From Oscillospiraceae bacterium (GTDB taxonomy: Bacteria; Bacillota; Clostridia; Oscillospirales; CAG-272), in contig SVTD01000002.1 in NCBI GenBank assembly GCA_015063955.1, positions 8,236 to 72,235 on the forward strand: DNA of 64,000 nucleotides, in the 5' to 3' direction. The position numbers and the translations under genes were made by a program. The notes under the pieces were generated by a model. The model was not told the origin of the DNA and searched no databases. It saw only the letters and a list, made by a program, of their open reading frames with translations. Positions 55,302 through 64,000 of this stretch are shown here, piece after piece; the stretch's first letter is position 1; each line of letters starts with the position of its first letter.

Positions 55302-56243
55302 ATGCCGATACTTATTGCTTTTTGCGCTTTGCTTGTTATTGCTGCACTGATACTTATAACTGCTTATATTTGTTTCAGAAGAGTATTCTATTTCAAGAAT
55401 CCCGGACCCATAAGGGACGGTGAATACGATTATCCTGTGGGCAGAATATACGAGCCCTACCGTGAGGAGATGAAGGATTGGCAGCTTCGCTTGGGTAAGC
55501 TTGCGTACAGAGCTTTTGAAATCAAGTCCTTTGACGGACTCAGGCTTTGTGCAAGATATTATGAATGTAAGCCCGGGGCGCCCATAGAGCTTATGTTCCA
55601 CGGATATCAGGGAAATTCCATAAGAGATCTCAGCGGCGGCGTTTTCCGTGCATTTAAGCTTCAGCACAACGTGCTCCTTATCGATCACAGAGCAGGCGGC
55701 GCAAGCGAGGGAAGGGTTATAACCTTCGGCATAAACGAGCATCGCGACTGCCTTCTTTGGATCGATCTTGCAAGAAAGACCTTCGGTGAGGACGTAAAGC
55801 TTATCCTTACGGGAGTTTCCATGGGCGCGGCAACGGTGATGATCGCATCAGGCTGCGACCTTCCCGAAAACGTTCGGTATATCCTTGCCGATTGCGGATA
55901 TTCCACGGCAAAGGACATCATCAAAAAGGTTATAAAGGAAATGAAGCTTCCCGCAAATATCCTGTATCCCTTTGTAAGACTGGGAGCTCTGATCTTCGGT
56001 AAATTCGATCTTGAGGAAACGTCTCCCCTCGAAGCTGTGAAAAGAAGCCGCACGCCGATCCTTTTCATCCACGGAGACGACGATGATTACGTTCCATGCG
56101 AAATGAGCCGAGAGCTTTACGAGGTATGCGTATCGGAAAAGAGATTCGTAATAAGCCCCGGAGCAGGACACGGTCTTGCATACTCCAAAAACAAAGAGCC
56201 CTATCTTGAGGCACTCAGAGAATTTGATGAAAAGTACGTATAA
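55302..56243 (+). CDS. Alpha/beta hydrolase (membrane-anchored)
   Basis: It has an N-terminal TM helix, the nucleophile elbow GVSMGA and a C-terminal HG.D/GH pattern. The start is set at ATG 55302 after GGAGG. Confidence 0.75.
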   Translation: MPILIAFCALLVIAALILITAYICFRRVFYFKNPGPIRDGEYDYPVGRIYEPYREEMKDWQLRLGKLAYRAFEIKSFDGLRLCARYYECKPGAPIELMFHGYQGNSIRDLSGGVFRAFKLQHNVLLIDHRAGGASEGRVITFGINEHRDCLLWIDLARKTFGEDVKLILTGVSMGAATVMIASGCDLPENVRYILADCGYSTAKDIIKKVIKEMKLPANILYPFVRLGALIFGKFDLEETSPLEAVKRSRTPILFIHGDDDDYVPCEMSRELYEVCVSEKRFVISPGAGHGLAYSKNKEPYLEALREFDEKYV

Positions 56244-56278
56244 AAATTGCCGTTGCATGATTTGCAACGGCAATTTTT
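56242..56278. terminator. Bidirectional terminator
   Basis: aaaaattgccgttgca-tgat-ttgcaacggcaattttt. Confidence 0.85.
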
Positions 56279-56693
56279 ATACGTTTTCTTTATTGAATTT
56301 ACAGGGGGAGGCGAAGAACAGGTCGAGGTCAACGAAGTACTGTCCGTCCTTTTTGGGAAGACCTGAGCGGCTGAGCACTTCGTCAGGGCCTGCCGACTCC
56401 TTCATTATCATATTTTTCATACCGTTTCGCCACATGAAGCTCATACAGGTACGCTCCATTATTATCATAGCCTCATCTTCCTCCTTGCCGGGGAAGGGCA
56501 TAAGTGTGAGGATCTCTCCCGTTTCTTCTGTCATTTTAAACTGGAGCACGCCGATCATACCCTTGATCGCTGTGCCGTCGTCCTCAAGGTCTGCGGCAAA
56601 ATAAGCAAGGGAATCGGGGATAAATTCAGCTCCCGTAAGAAGGCAAAGCTGATTCTGTACTTCTTTATCTATAAGGGGTTTAACTGCAAACAT
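56277..56693 (-). CDS. Hypothetical protein
   Basis: 138-aa ORF in an operon position upstream of nothing recognisable. No family recognised. Confidence 0.45.
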   Translation of the reverse strand: MFAVKPLIDKEVQNQLCLLTGAEFIPDSLAYFAADLEDDGTAIKGMIGVLQFKMTEETGEILTLMPFPGKEEDEAMIIMERTCMSFMWRNGMKNMIMKESAGPDEVLSRSGLPKKDGQYFVDLDLFFASPCKFNKENV

Positions 56694-56702
56694 ATTACAC
56701 CT

Positions 56703-57437
56703 TTAACTGTTCTTTAAGTATTCAATTTCTTCCTTTGTGAGGTAACGCCATTTTCCGAGCGGAAGATCGGAAAGCTTGATCTCTCCGACGGAAACGCGGC
56801 GCAGACGCATGACAACAAGGCCGCATTTTTCGCACATTCTTCTGATCTGGCGGTTCCTGCCCTCAAAAAGCGTGATGGCAAGGGTGGAATAAACGTTTCC
56901 CTCGCGGTCGCAATCTCCTGCCTTTACTATCCGCGCCTTGATGGGGCGAAGCTGATATCCGTCAAGCTCCATGGGAGACAGAAGCCTTTTGATATCCTCG
57001 TCCGTGCAGGTGCCCTTGACCTTTACCAGATATTTTTTTGAAAAATCGTGTGAGGGATGGGTCAGCTTGTTCGCAAGCTCGCCGTCATCGGTAAACAGGA
57101 GAAGCCCCTCGGAGTACATATCCAGTCTTCCGATGGGATAGACTCTGTGGTTTGCGTCACTCACAAGCTCGGCGGCGGTTTTTCTGCCCTTTTCGTCTGC
57201 CATGGTGGTAACGTATCCCAAGGGCTTATTGAGTGCAATATATGTATTCCCCTCGCTTTCGGGGGAAATGACCTTGCCGTTCCAGCGGACGGTGTCGCAT
57301 TCGGGATCGATCCTTTCGCCTATGGCGGCGACGGCGCCGTTAACGGTAACGTTGCCTGCCTCGATCTCACGCTCAGCCGCTCTTCGGGACATTACGCCGC
57401 AGTCGGTAAAGTATTTTTGAAGCTTGATTCTTTCCAT
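56703..57437 (-). CDS. rluB: Pseudouridine synthase, RsuA/RluB family
   Basis: 244 aa with an S4 domain (LQKYFTDCGVMSRRAAE) and the catalytic region VYPIGRLDMYSEGLLL. Confidence 0.85.
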   Translation of the reverse strand: MERIKLQKYFTDCGVMSRRAAEREIEAGNVTVNGAVAAIGERIDPECDTVRWNGKVISPESEGNTYIALNKPLGYVTTMADEKGRKTAAELVSDANHRVYPIGRLDMYSEGLLLFTDDGELANKLTHPSHDFSKKYLVKVKGTCTDEDIKRLLSPMELDGYQLRPIKARIVKAGDCDREGNVYSTLAITLFEGRNRQIRRMCEKCGLVVMRLRRVSVGEIKLSDLPLGKWRYLTKEEIEYLKNS

Positions 57438-57440
57438 ATT

Positions 57441-58499
57441 TTATAAAACTTTCGATATTGCTAAAAGTGGAGTTCGCCATATCTCTTTTTCATCTGCATA
57501 GAAAACAGCCGTGCCCAAAGCCGCCCCTTTTTTCACGGGGGCAGTTATCAGGCTTGGAGCTTCTATCTTTACGGATATTTTTTTGCCGTAGGGAAGGGTG
57601 ATCTTCTTTTCGCCCTCAGGTGAGACGGTCACAGAGCTGTCACATCCTGCTACGGGAAGCTCAAACAGAAGACTGTTTTTCGAATAAAGAGTATAGGAGC
57701 GATACTTTTCAAAGCCGTAGTCAAGCATTGCCGAGTGGCATTTCCAGTCGTTGCTTGCCGAAAGGGTGACCGTAACGAGGCGAACGCCGTTACGCTCGGC
57801 GGCGCCCACAAGGCATCTGCCGCTTTCCTTTGTAAATCCGGTCTTAACACCGATAGCACCTTCGTATAGTGTAAGCAGCTTGTTATGATTTACAAATGTT
57901 CGGTCCTTATCGCTTATTTTCACCGTTTTGCTTTTCGTTGATACGATATTCAGAAAATCCTCGTTTTCAAGGCAAGCTGCCCCAAGAAAAGCAAGATCCC
58001 TCGCCGTTGTACAGTGACCCTCCTCGGGAAGACCGCTGGGATTTTTGAATGAGGTATCACAAAGCCCAAGCTCCCGTGCCTTTTCGTTCATAAGCGCGGC
58101 AAAGCCCTCGATGCTTTCGCCGACCTCGTAGGCGAGGGCGTTGGCAACGTCGTTTGCACTCTGCAAAAGCAGGGCAAAAAGAGCCGCTTCTACGGTAAGA
58201 GTGTCTCCCTTTTGCAGGTAAGCGCTCGTCCCCTCGGTGCCGACGGCCCTTTCGTCTACACGAAAGGTGTGGGAGAGGTCAAGGCTTTCAAGCACCACGA
58301 GTGCCGTCATGATCTTTGTAGTGCTCGCCATGGGCAGCCTTTCGCCTGAGTTCTTTTCATAAAGTATCTCTTTTGAATTGCCGTCCATAAGAACTGCACT
58401 TTTGGCGCTTACGGAGAGAGCTTCAGCAGCAGACGCTTTTATGACAGTGCCGCAGAGCACGGCAGAAATCAATAACAGTGAAAGTATTCTTTTTAGCAT
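57441..58499 (-). CDS. D-alanyl-D-alanine carboxypeptidase (serine-type, PBP5 family)
   Basis: 352 aa with a signal peptide, the SxxK motif (ASTTKIMT), SAN and KTG (GVKTGFT). Confidence 0.9.
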   Translation of the reverse strand: MLKRILSLLLISAVLCGTVIKASAAEALSVSAKSAVLMDGNSKEILYEKNSGERLPMASTTKIMTALVVLESLDLSHTFRVDERAVGTEGTSAYLQKGDTLTVEAALFALLLQSANDVANALAYEVGESIEGFAALMNEKARELGLCDTSFKNPSGLPEEGHCTTARDLAFLGAACLENEDFLNIVSTKSKTVKISDKDRTFVNHNKLLTLYEGAIGVKTGFTKESGRCLVGAAERNGVRLVTVTLSASNDWKCHSAMLDYGFEKYRSYTLYSKNSLLFELPVAGCDSSVTVSPEGEKKITLPYGKKISVKIEAPSLITAPVKKGAALGTAVFYADEKEIWRTPLLAISKVL

Positions 58500-58552
58500 A
58501 TACAGATCCTTCTTCGGTTGATACTTATATATCTTTCCGAAGAGGACTTATA

Positions 58553-58990
58553 TTATTCGTTATCAGCCTTTTTTGCGGGAGCCTCTTCCTTCTTCTTTGC
58601 GAAAAGCGTTTTGAACTTTTCGATAAGCTCGGGGGAACGCTCGATAGCTCCGATGATCTGGGAAACGGTATCCTGAGGCTCGCGTACGGGATTTTCGATG
58701 CTGAGCATCTCAACGCTTCCTGTGGGAGAAACTACGAGGAAAGCAACGGGAGTAACGGAAACGCCGGTTCCGCCACCGCCGCCGAAGTTGTTCTTTGAAG
58801 AGGCGGGTGCGTTCTTTCCGAGAAAGTCAACGCCGCCTGTTGCAAAACCTACGCTGAGCTTGGAAACGGGAATAATAACTGTACCGTTTGCAGTAGTAAT
58901 GGGATCTCCGGTAACGGTGTTTGCATCGAAGGAGGATTTGATGCTGTCGATTGAAGCGCGTATGATCTCAGTCATTTTGTTGTCGCTCAT
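58553..58990 (-). CDS. ytfJ: Sporulation protein YtfJ (GerW family)
   Basis: 145 aa with VIIPVSKLSVGFATGG and GGGGGTGVSVTPVAFLVV, typical of YtfJ. Confidence 0.8.
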   Translation of the reverse strand: MSDNKMTEIIRASIDSIKSSFDANTVTGDPITTANGTVIIPVSKLSVGFATGGVDFLGKNAPASSKNNFGGGGGTGVSVTPVAFLVVSPTGSVEMLSIENPVREPQDTVSQIIGAIERSPELIEKFKTLFAKKKEEAPAKKADNE

Positions 58991-59700
58991 TGTTTTTTGT
59001 CCTTTCGTATCTGAATGTTAATATTTTCTTTTGAAGCTGCAGTCATACTCTTGAACGCTGCAGAAATAAACGTGGTAGCAAGGCTTCCGACTGTTATACG
59101 AAAGCCCCCGTCGATATAGAAATCGTAGCCGCTGTTGTCAAAGCAGGGAACGATGGCGACGGTGTCCGGTTTTTGTGGCTTCATGTTTGTGAATATGTTT
59201 AAAAACTCAAGAAGGTAAGCGGCTGCCTGGCTGAGAACACCCACGCGAATGCAGGTGTCGGCGGCATCCTTTTCATCAACCTTGATTATCAGGTGTCTGA
59301 CCGTGGTGTGAAGCTTCGTTCTGAATTTTAAAACGAATTCTTTAATTGTAAGGAGAAGTATCTTGACAAGCTCGGGATTCTTTGTGCTCCGCGATATCTC
59401 ATCGATCATTTTATCAAGCCGAAGATCGCTGAAGAGCGCTTTCAGGTCAAGCTCGCCGCCTTTTTGTTTTTCCTTTGCGGTAAATCTAATATCGCTGATC
59501 CTTCTGCCACGAAGCCTTTTTGCCAGCTTTTTATAATTGAACCTTTTTCTTTTCTTTGGGAGAAGCTTTATTTTTACGGGTCCGACGGTTACGTAAAGTG
59601 TAAATACCCCGTTCTTGTATTTGTATCCTATCCCAACGGAGATGCTGAGGAGAAGACCGATAATAAGTACAAGACCAAGGATAATGTATAGAGCGATCAA
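58987..59700 (-). CDS. DUF2953-like membrane protein (YtfI-like)
   Basis: 237 aa with an N-terminal TM helix. It is overlap-coupled upstream of ytfJ, as in other Firmicutes. Confidence 0.55.
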   Translation of the reverse strand: MIALYIILGLVLIIGLLLSISVGIGYKYKNGVFTLYVTVGPVKIKLLPKKRKRFNYKKLAKRLRGRRISDIRFTAKEKQKGGELDLKALFSDLRLDKMIDEISRSTKNPELVKILLLTIKEFVLKFRTKLHTTVRHLIIKVDEKDAADTCIRVGVLSQAAAYLLEFLNIFTNMKPQKPDTVAIVPCFDNSGYDFYIDGGFRITVGSLATTFISAAFKSMTAASKENINIQIRKDKKQ

Positions 59701-59730
59701 TTCCTCACATCCTTTCTGAAATAATCGGGA

Positions 59731-60420
59731 TCACTCAGCGCCTTCGTCTTCCGAGGTGTCTATTGAGAGCTGAGTGATATCGGAGGTGGGAACGGGAACC
59801 TCGGGAAGGTCCTCAAGAGAGGTAAGGCCGAAAACTCTGAGAAAATTACTTGTAGTTCTGTAAAGTCTGGGTCTGCCGGGAACGTCAAGCCTTCCGCAGG
59901 GCTCGATGAGCTCCTTTTCGCGAAGGTTCGTTACGGCGTAGCTTGAGTCAACACCGCGCACCGTGTCAACAAAGGCACGGGTGACGGGCTCGTTGTAGGC
60001 AATAACAGCCAGGGTCTCGATGGATGACTGAGAAAGGTTTCCTCCGCGTCTGATACCGAGAGCACTTCTGACGTACTGACCGAACTGCTCCTTTGTGCAT
60101 AGCTGACAGGCGCTGTCAAAGGGAATGAGCATTATTCCTCTGGGAATGAGACCGTCCTCCCTGTTATAATCCTCGGCATAGTCACGAACGATCTTTTTTG
60201 CGGCGCCTGCACTTATTTCAAGAACCTTTGCAAGAGTATTGTAGCCGACAGGGTAGCCTGCAGCAAAAAGCACGGCCTCTATTATCTTGCAGGCGTGAGG
60301 AACGTCAAGATCCTCGGGGGGATCCTCTTCCTCAATATTAAGAGTCACTATCTCCTCGCAATCAGTCTCCCTTTCGGCTGATTCTTCAGAGGAGATATCT
60401 TCTATGATTTCTGTTTCCAT
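59731..60420 (-). CDS. scpB: Segregation and condensation protein B
   Basis: 229 aa with IIEAVLFAAG ... SQSSIETLAVIAYNEPVTRAFVDTVRGV ... PGRPRLYRTT. Confidence 0.9.
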   Translation of the reverse strand: METEIIEDISSEESAERETDCEEIVTLNIEEEDPPEDLDVPHACKIIEAVLFAAGYPVGYNTLAKVLEISAGAAKKIVRDYAEDYNREDGLIPRGIMLIPFDSACQLCTKEQFGQYVRSALGIRRGGNLSQSSIETLAVIAYNEPVTRAFVDTVRGVDSSYAVTNLREKELIEPCGRLDVPGRPRLYRTTSNFLRVFGLTSLEDLPEVPVPTSDITQLSIDTSEDEGAE

Positions 60421-60439
60421 ATGTTACTGTGATTCCTTA

Positions 60440-61225
60440 TCATTCATCTTTTATAATTTCGGTAAGGCTTGAGATATCCGCGCCCTCGCTGAGAGAAACA
60501 AGAACGCCCGATACGGCATCTATAACACCCTCACTGTTGGCTTCAGTTCCGGATTCGTCAAGCACGAGAACTCCGGATTTCAGAAGCTCAAGCATTGCGA
60601 GAAACATTGATACGAGCTCGGCTCTTGATTCTGCGCTTCGGAAGAAGCCCTCAAGATTAACCTTTTTTCCGCCTTCAAGACGTTTTGCAAGGTTTTCAAC
60701 GATGGAGGCAACTGATACCTGCTTCTTTGCAATAAGGGGAGTGAAGCGCTCACGGGCCTCGCTGTCGGACACTCTCACCTGGGTCATAACTCTTATGAGA
60801 GCTGTAGCAAGAACGTCTGCCTTATGATCGGCAACGTATTTTTTATCAGGCGCTATCTCATCCGTATCCTTGACCATACGAAGACCGTATTCCTCAAACA
60901 TATCCTTGAGATAGGTGGATGCTTCCTTTGCGCGCTGATATTCAAGCACGGCGGCAGCAAGAGCCGCACGGGGGTCCTCCTCGTCCTCGTCGTTTCTGGG
61001 GAGGAGCATTTTGCTTTTAATGAGCATAAGCTCGCTTGCCATCAGGAGAAAATCGCTGGAAAGCTCGATATCGGCATTTTCCATAGTGTTGATGTACTCC
61101 ATATACTGGTCGCAGAGAACGGATATCTGAATATCCTCGATGCTCATCTTGTTTTTCTTGATAAGCGTGAGACACAGATCAAGAGGGCCCTCAAATTTTT
61201 CAAGCTTATAGTTGATCGCTTCCAT
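60440..61225 (-). CDS. scpA: Segregation and condensation protein A
   Basis: 261 aa with FEGPLDLCLTLIKKNKMSIEDIQISVLCDQY. Confidence 0.9.
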   Translation of the reverse strand: MEAINYKLEKFEGPLDLCLTLIKKNKMSIEDIQISVLCDQYMEYINTMENADIELSSDFLLMASELMLIKSKMLLPRNDEDEEDPRAALAAAVLEYQRAKEASTYLKDMFEEYGLRMVKDTDEIAPDKKYVADHKADVLATALIRVMTQVRVSDSEARERFTPLIAKKQVSVASIVENLAKRLEGGKKVNLEGFFRSAESRAELVSMFLAMLELLKSGVLVLDESGTEANSEGVIDAVSGVLVSLSEGADISSLTEIIKDE

Positions 61226-61226
61226 A

Positions 61227-61937
61227 TCAGATACCCGGTATAAGTGTAATGAGGAATATCATTCCGTTGCTTATAAGGCTTGAAATAAGGGTGATAACTC
61301 CGGAGAATGCACCCATAAACAGAAGGAAAAAGAGGGCCATTCTGATGATATGCTCATTGTTGTGAATAAACATAAGAGCCTTTGAGGGAAGGAACATGAA
61401 AAGTATCTTCGATCCGTCAAGGGGCGGGATAGGCAGAAGATTGAATACTGCAAGATAAAGATTCAGAATGTGGAAATACTCCAAAAGCATTGCAAGGAAA
61501 AAGAGTATCTTTTCGCCGAAGGAAAGTCCGGGAACGATGGCTGCGGGGATTGGGACAAATCTTATCAGCAGTACCCATAAAAGAATGGATACGAAGGAAA
61601 GAATGAGATTTGAAAGGGGACCCGCAATGGCGGTAAGAGCCATTCCTGAGCGGGGATTTTTAAAATTGCGGGAGTTTACGGGAACGGGCTTTGCCCAGCC
61701 GAAGCCGAAAAGCATCATACATACAGTACCCATAGGGTCAAGGTGCTTTGCGGGATTCAGAGAGATCCTTCCCATATTACGGGCCGTGTGGTCGCCAAGC
61801 TTGTATGCGGCAAAGGCGTGGCTCGTTTCATGGAGAGAAAGGGAAAAGATAACAACTATCACGGTAAAAAGAATACCGGGAAGTATGTCTTTGATAGACT
61901 GTCCTCTTGAGAGGGAGGTTATAAGATTATATATCAT
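61227..61937 (-). CDS. Site-2 protease family (M50) membrane metalloprotease
   Basis: 236 aa, polytopic, with HExxH (LHETSHAF) and the later NLLPIPPLDG motif. Confidence 0.8.
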   Translation of the reverse strand: MIYNLITSLSRGQSIKDILPGILFTVIVVIFSLSLHETSHAFAAYKLGDHTARNMGRISLNPAKHLDPMGTVCMMLFGFGWAKPVPVNSRNFKNPRSGMALTAIAGPLSNLILSFVSILLWVLLIRFVPIPAAIVPGLSFGEKILFFLAMLLEYFHILNLYLAVFNLLPIPPLDGSKILFMFLPSKALMFIHNNEHIIRMALFFLLFMGAFSGVITLISSLISNGMIFLITLIPGI

Positions 61938-61966
61938 TTTGGTGATACACCTTCTTTAGATGATTA

Positions 61967-62557
61967 TTATTCGCACATTTTGAGGATAGTGCTCCAGACC
62001 TCCTCGCGTCCTTCCTTCGTTTCGGAGGAATAGAGGATTTCAGCGCTGGCGGCGCCGTACTGACCGAGAGAAGCCTTCAGGGCGTTTTTCTGGGTTGCGT
62101 TGAGCTTATCTACCTTCGTGTAAACGATGATGAAGGGAAGACCGGCCTCTGTAAGATAGTCAAGCATCTGGCGGTCGTCGGCTGTGGGGCCCACCTTGCC
62201 GTCAATGAGCTGAACCACGCAGCGAAGAAGGTCTATATTATTATTGCCTGTAAAATAAGCGTCAGTTAAAGCAGACCACTTTTTCTTTTCCTCAAAGGTC
62301 CTTTTTGCAAAGCCGTAGCCGGGGAGGTCGACAAGGAGAAGCTTCTGGTCAACGGAATAGAAGTTGACCGTTACAGTCTTTCCCGGTGTTCCGCTGACGC
62401 GGGCAAGAGATTTCCTTTGAAGAAGAGTATTTATAAGGGAGCTTTTTCCAACGTTTGAGCGTCCGGAAAAGGCAACCTGAGGAACGGCCAGAGCAGGAAA
62501 CTGCTTGGGGAGACCTGCGGAAATGAGCAGGGATGAATTGTTAAGATTGATTTTCAT
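61967..62557 (-). CDS. engB: Ribosome biogenesis GTPase YihA/YsxC (EngB)
   Basis: 196 aa with G1 GRSNVGKSS, G3 DLPGYG and G4 TKVDK. The start overlaps the lon stop. Confidence 0.9.
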   Translation of the reverse strand: MKINLNNSSLLISAGLPKQFPALAVPQVAFSGRSNVGKSSLINTLLQRKSLARVSGTPGKTVTVNFYSVDQKLLLVDLPGYGFAKRTFEEKKKWSALTDAYFTGNNNIDLLRCVVQLIDGKVGPTADDRQMLDYLTEAGLPFIIVYTKVDKLNATQKNALKASLGQYGAASAEILYSSETKEGREEVWSTILKMCE

Positions 62558-64000
62558 TAGTTGTTATTCTCTTTCATATTCACGCAAGCGTTGCTTTTGT
62601 GGCAGGGTGAATCGGTGGGGATGGTAGGTACGGTATTATCGACTCTTGCTTCGGGAGTCATACGGGGAGATGCGCCTGTATCCTTAACGAGGATCTCGGA
62701 AAGCACCTGCTCACATCTCTTGCAGGGGATAAACAGGAGATTCTGGCGAACGATAGGATCGATCTCGTCAAGATCGCGGACGTTATCGTTTGGTATGATA
62801 ACGCGCTTGATGCCTGCGTTCCACGCGGCGGTGGTCTTTTCCTTTAGACCGCCGATAGGGAGAACTCTTCCTGTAAGAGTAAGCTCTCCTGTCATCGCCG
62901 TATCACAGCGAACGGGGGTGCCGGAAAGAGTGCTGACAAGGCTTGAAAGCATCGTAACGCCGGCAGAGGGGCCGTCCTTGGGGGTCGCTCCCTCGGGGAC
63001 GTGGATATGTATATCCTTCGTCTTGTAGAAATCTGAGGGGATGCCAAGCTCCTCGGCGTGGGCTCTTATGTAGCTGACGGCGATCTTTGCGGATTCCTTC
63101 ATAACGTCGCCGAGAGTGCCGGTAAGCTCAAGCTTTCCCGTGCCGTCCATAACGTTAGATTCCACCTTGAGAACGTCACCGCCGACGGAGGTGTAGGCAA
63201 GACCGTTAACTACGCCGATCTCATTCTGTGTTGCTCTTTCCTCATCGAGAAACTTGCGTGGGCCGAGGAAAGTATGAAGATTCTGAGCCGTAACGGAAAC
63301 ACTCTTTTTGCCGGTTTCGATCATGGTTCTCGCAACCTTTCTGCAAAGGGATGCGATCTCGCGCTCAAGATTACGGACACCGGATTCTCTCGTATAGCCG
63401 TCGATGATCTCCTCGATTACCTGTCTTGAGATGCGGAGAGCTCTCTTTGTAAGACCGTGGCGCTTGAGCTGCTTTGGGATAAGATGATTTTCTGCGATAG
63501 CCGCCTTCTCGTTCTTTGTGTAGGAGGAAAGCTCGATTATCTCCATACGGTCAAGAAGGGGACGGGGAATAGTATCAAGGGTATTCGCAGTAGCTATAAA
63601 CATTACCTTGGAAAGGTCGCAGGGCATTTCAACGAAGTGATCGCGGAAGGTCTTGTTCTGCTCTCCGTCAAGAACCTCAAGAAGAGCTGAGGAGGGGTCA
63701 CCCTTCATATCGGAGCAAAGCTTGTCGACCTCGTCGAGAAGCATAACGGGATTCATGCTGCCTGCCTGAGTAAGGGCAGTAACGATTCGACCGGGCATAG
63801 CCGCAACGTATGTTTTTCTGTGGCCGCGAATCTCAGCCTCGTCACGGATACCGCCTAGGGAAACGCGAACGAATTTGCGGTTCATAGCCCTTGCAACAGA
63901 AGCTCCGAGGGAGGTCTTACCTGTTCCGGGAGGGCCGACGAGGCAGATGATCTGGTTTCCGAGATCGGGATTGAGTTGCTTTACTGCAAGATATTCAAGA
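62557..64000 (-). CDS. lon: ATP-dependent Lon protease (LonA), C-terminal about 480 aa; gene continues beyond the window
   Basis: The reading frame stays open upstream of the track's Met. My translation of 63886-63999 gives [19 protein letters not shown] (Walker A). The protease domain has [11 protein letters not shown] (catalytic Ser). There is an unusual non-conserved C-terminal tail of about 70 aa. Confidence 0.92.
   Translation of the reverse strand, partial: LEYLAVKQLNPDLGNQIICLVGPPGTGKTSLGASVARAMNRKFVRVSLGGIRDEAEIRGHRKTYVAAMPGRIVTALTQAGSMNPVMLLDEVDKLCSDMKGDPSSALLEVLDGEQNKTFRDHFVEMPCDLSKVMFIATANTLDTIPRPLLDRMEIIELSSYTKNEKAAIAENHLIPKQLKRHGLTKRALRISRQVIEEIIDGYTRESGVRNLEREIASLCRKVARTMIETGKKSVSVTAQNLHTFLGPRKFLDEERATQNEIGVVNGLAYTSVGGDVLKVESNVMDGTGKLELTGTLGDVMKESAKIAVSYIRAHAEELGIPSDFYKTKDIHIHVPEGATPKDGPSAGVTMLSSLVSTLSGTPVRCDTAMTGELTLTGRVLPIGGLKEKTTAAWNAGIKRVIIPNDNVRDLDEIDPIVRQNLLFIPCKRCEQVLSEILVKDTGASPRMTPEARVDNTVPTIPTDSPCHKSNACVNMKENNN

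Noticed and set aside
62557-62780. A non-conserved tail of about 70 aa at the Lon C-terminus, considered as a possible separate small gene or fusion
   Set aside because: It is continuous in frame with the protease domain, with no internal start or RBS. It is most simply a lineage-specific extension, and no claim can be supported from sequence alone.

Overview
The window looks like a chromosomal core region of a Clostridia-type Firmicute. A dockerin-bearing enzyme and Bacillus/Clostridium-like gene order suggest a Ruminococcus-like (Oscillospiraceae) organism; that assignment is inference only. About 60 protein genes are tightly packed and mostly housekeeping. They include rsmI/yabB/ricT/holB, coaE, prfA, tsaC, a ParC/GyrA-like subunit and polA. 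A complete hisZGDCBHAF(IE) operon is led by a YerC/TrpR-like regulator. Also present are proC, ispE, putP, panE, a scpA-scpB-ytfI-ytfJ-DD-carboxypeptidase-rluB block, engB and lon. There is one tRNA-Lys(UUU) and many clean rho-independent terminators and sigma-A-type promoters. I found no rRNA, CRISPR, transposase, integrase, phage genes or recognisable defence genes. The unusual part is 31.3-36.7 kb. Two non-coding, hairpin-dense, nested inverted-repeat regions (about 280 bp and about 810 bp) share a terminal motif. They bracket a small module made of an AT-rich orphan ORF, a P-type cation ATPase and a TetR gene. The TetR/ATPase operon appears to be preceded by a yybP-ykoY (Mn2+)-like riboswitch with a mutually exclusive terminator. 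Secondary points of interest are an uncharacterised three-gene operon (double BcrA/HgdC-type activase fusion, dehydratase-like protein, SDR), an alkaline phosphatase with an N-terminal dockerin, and a 56-aa ferredoxin gene missed by the ORF track. All calls rest on reading the sequence and translations and on remembered family motifs. No database search was run.
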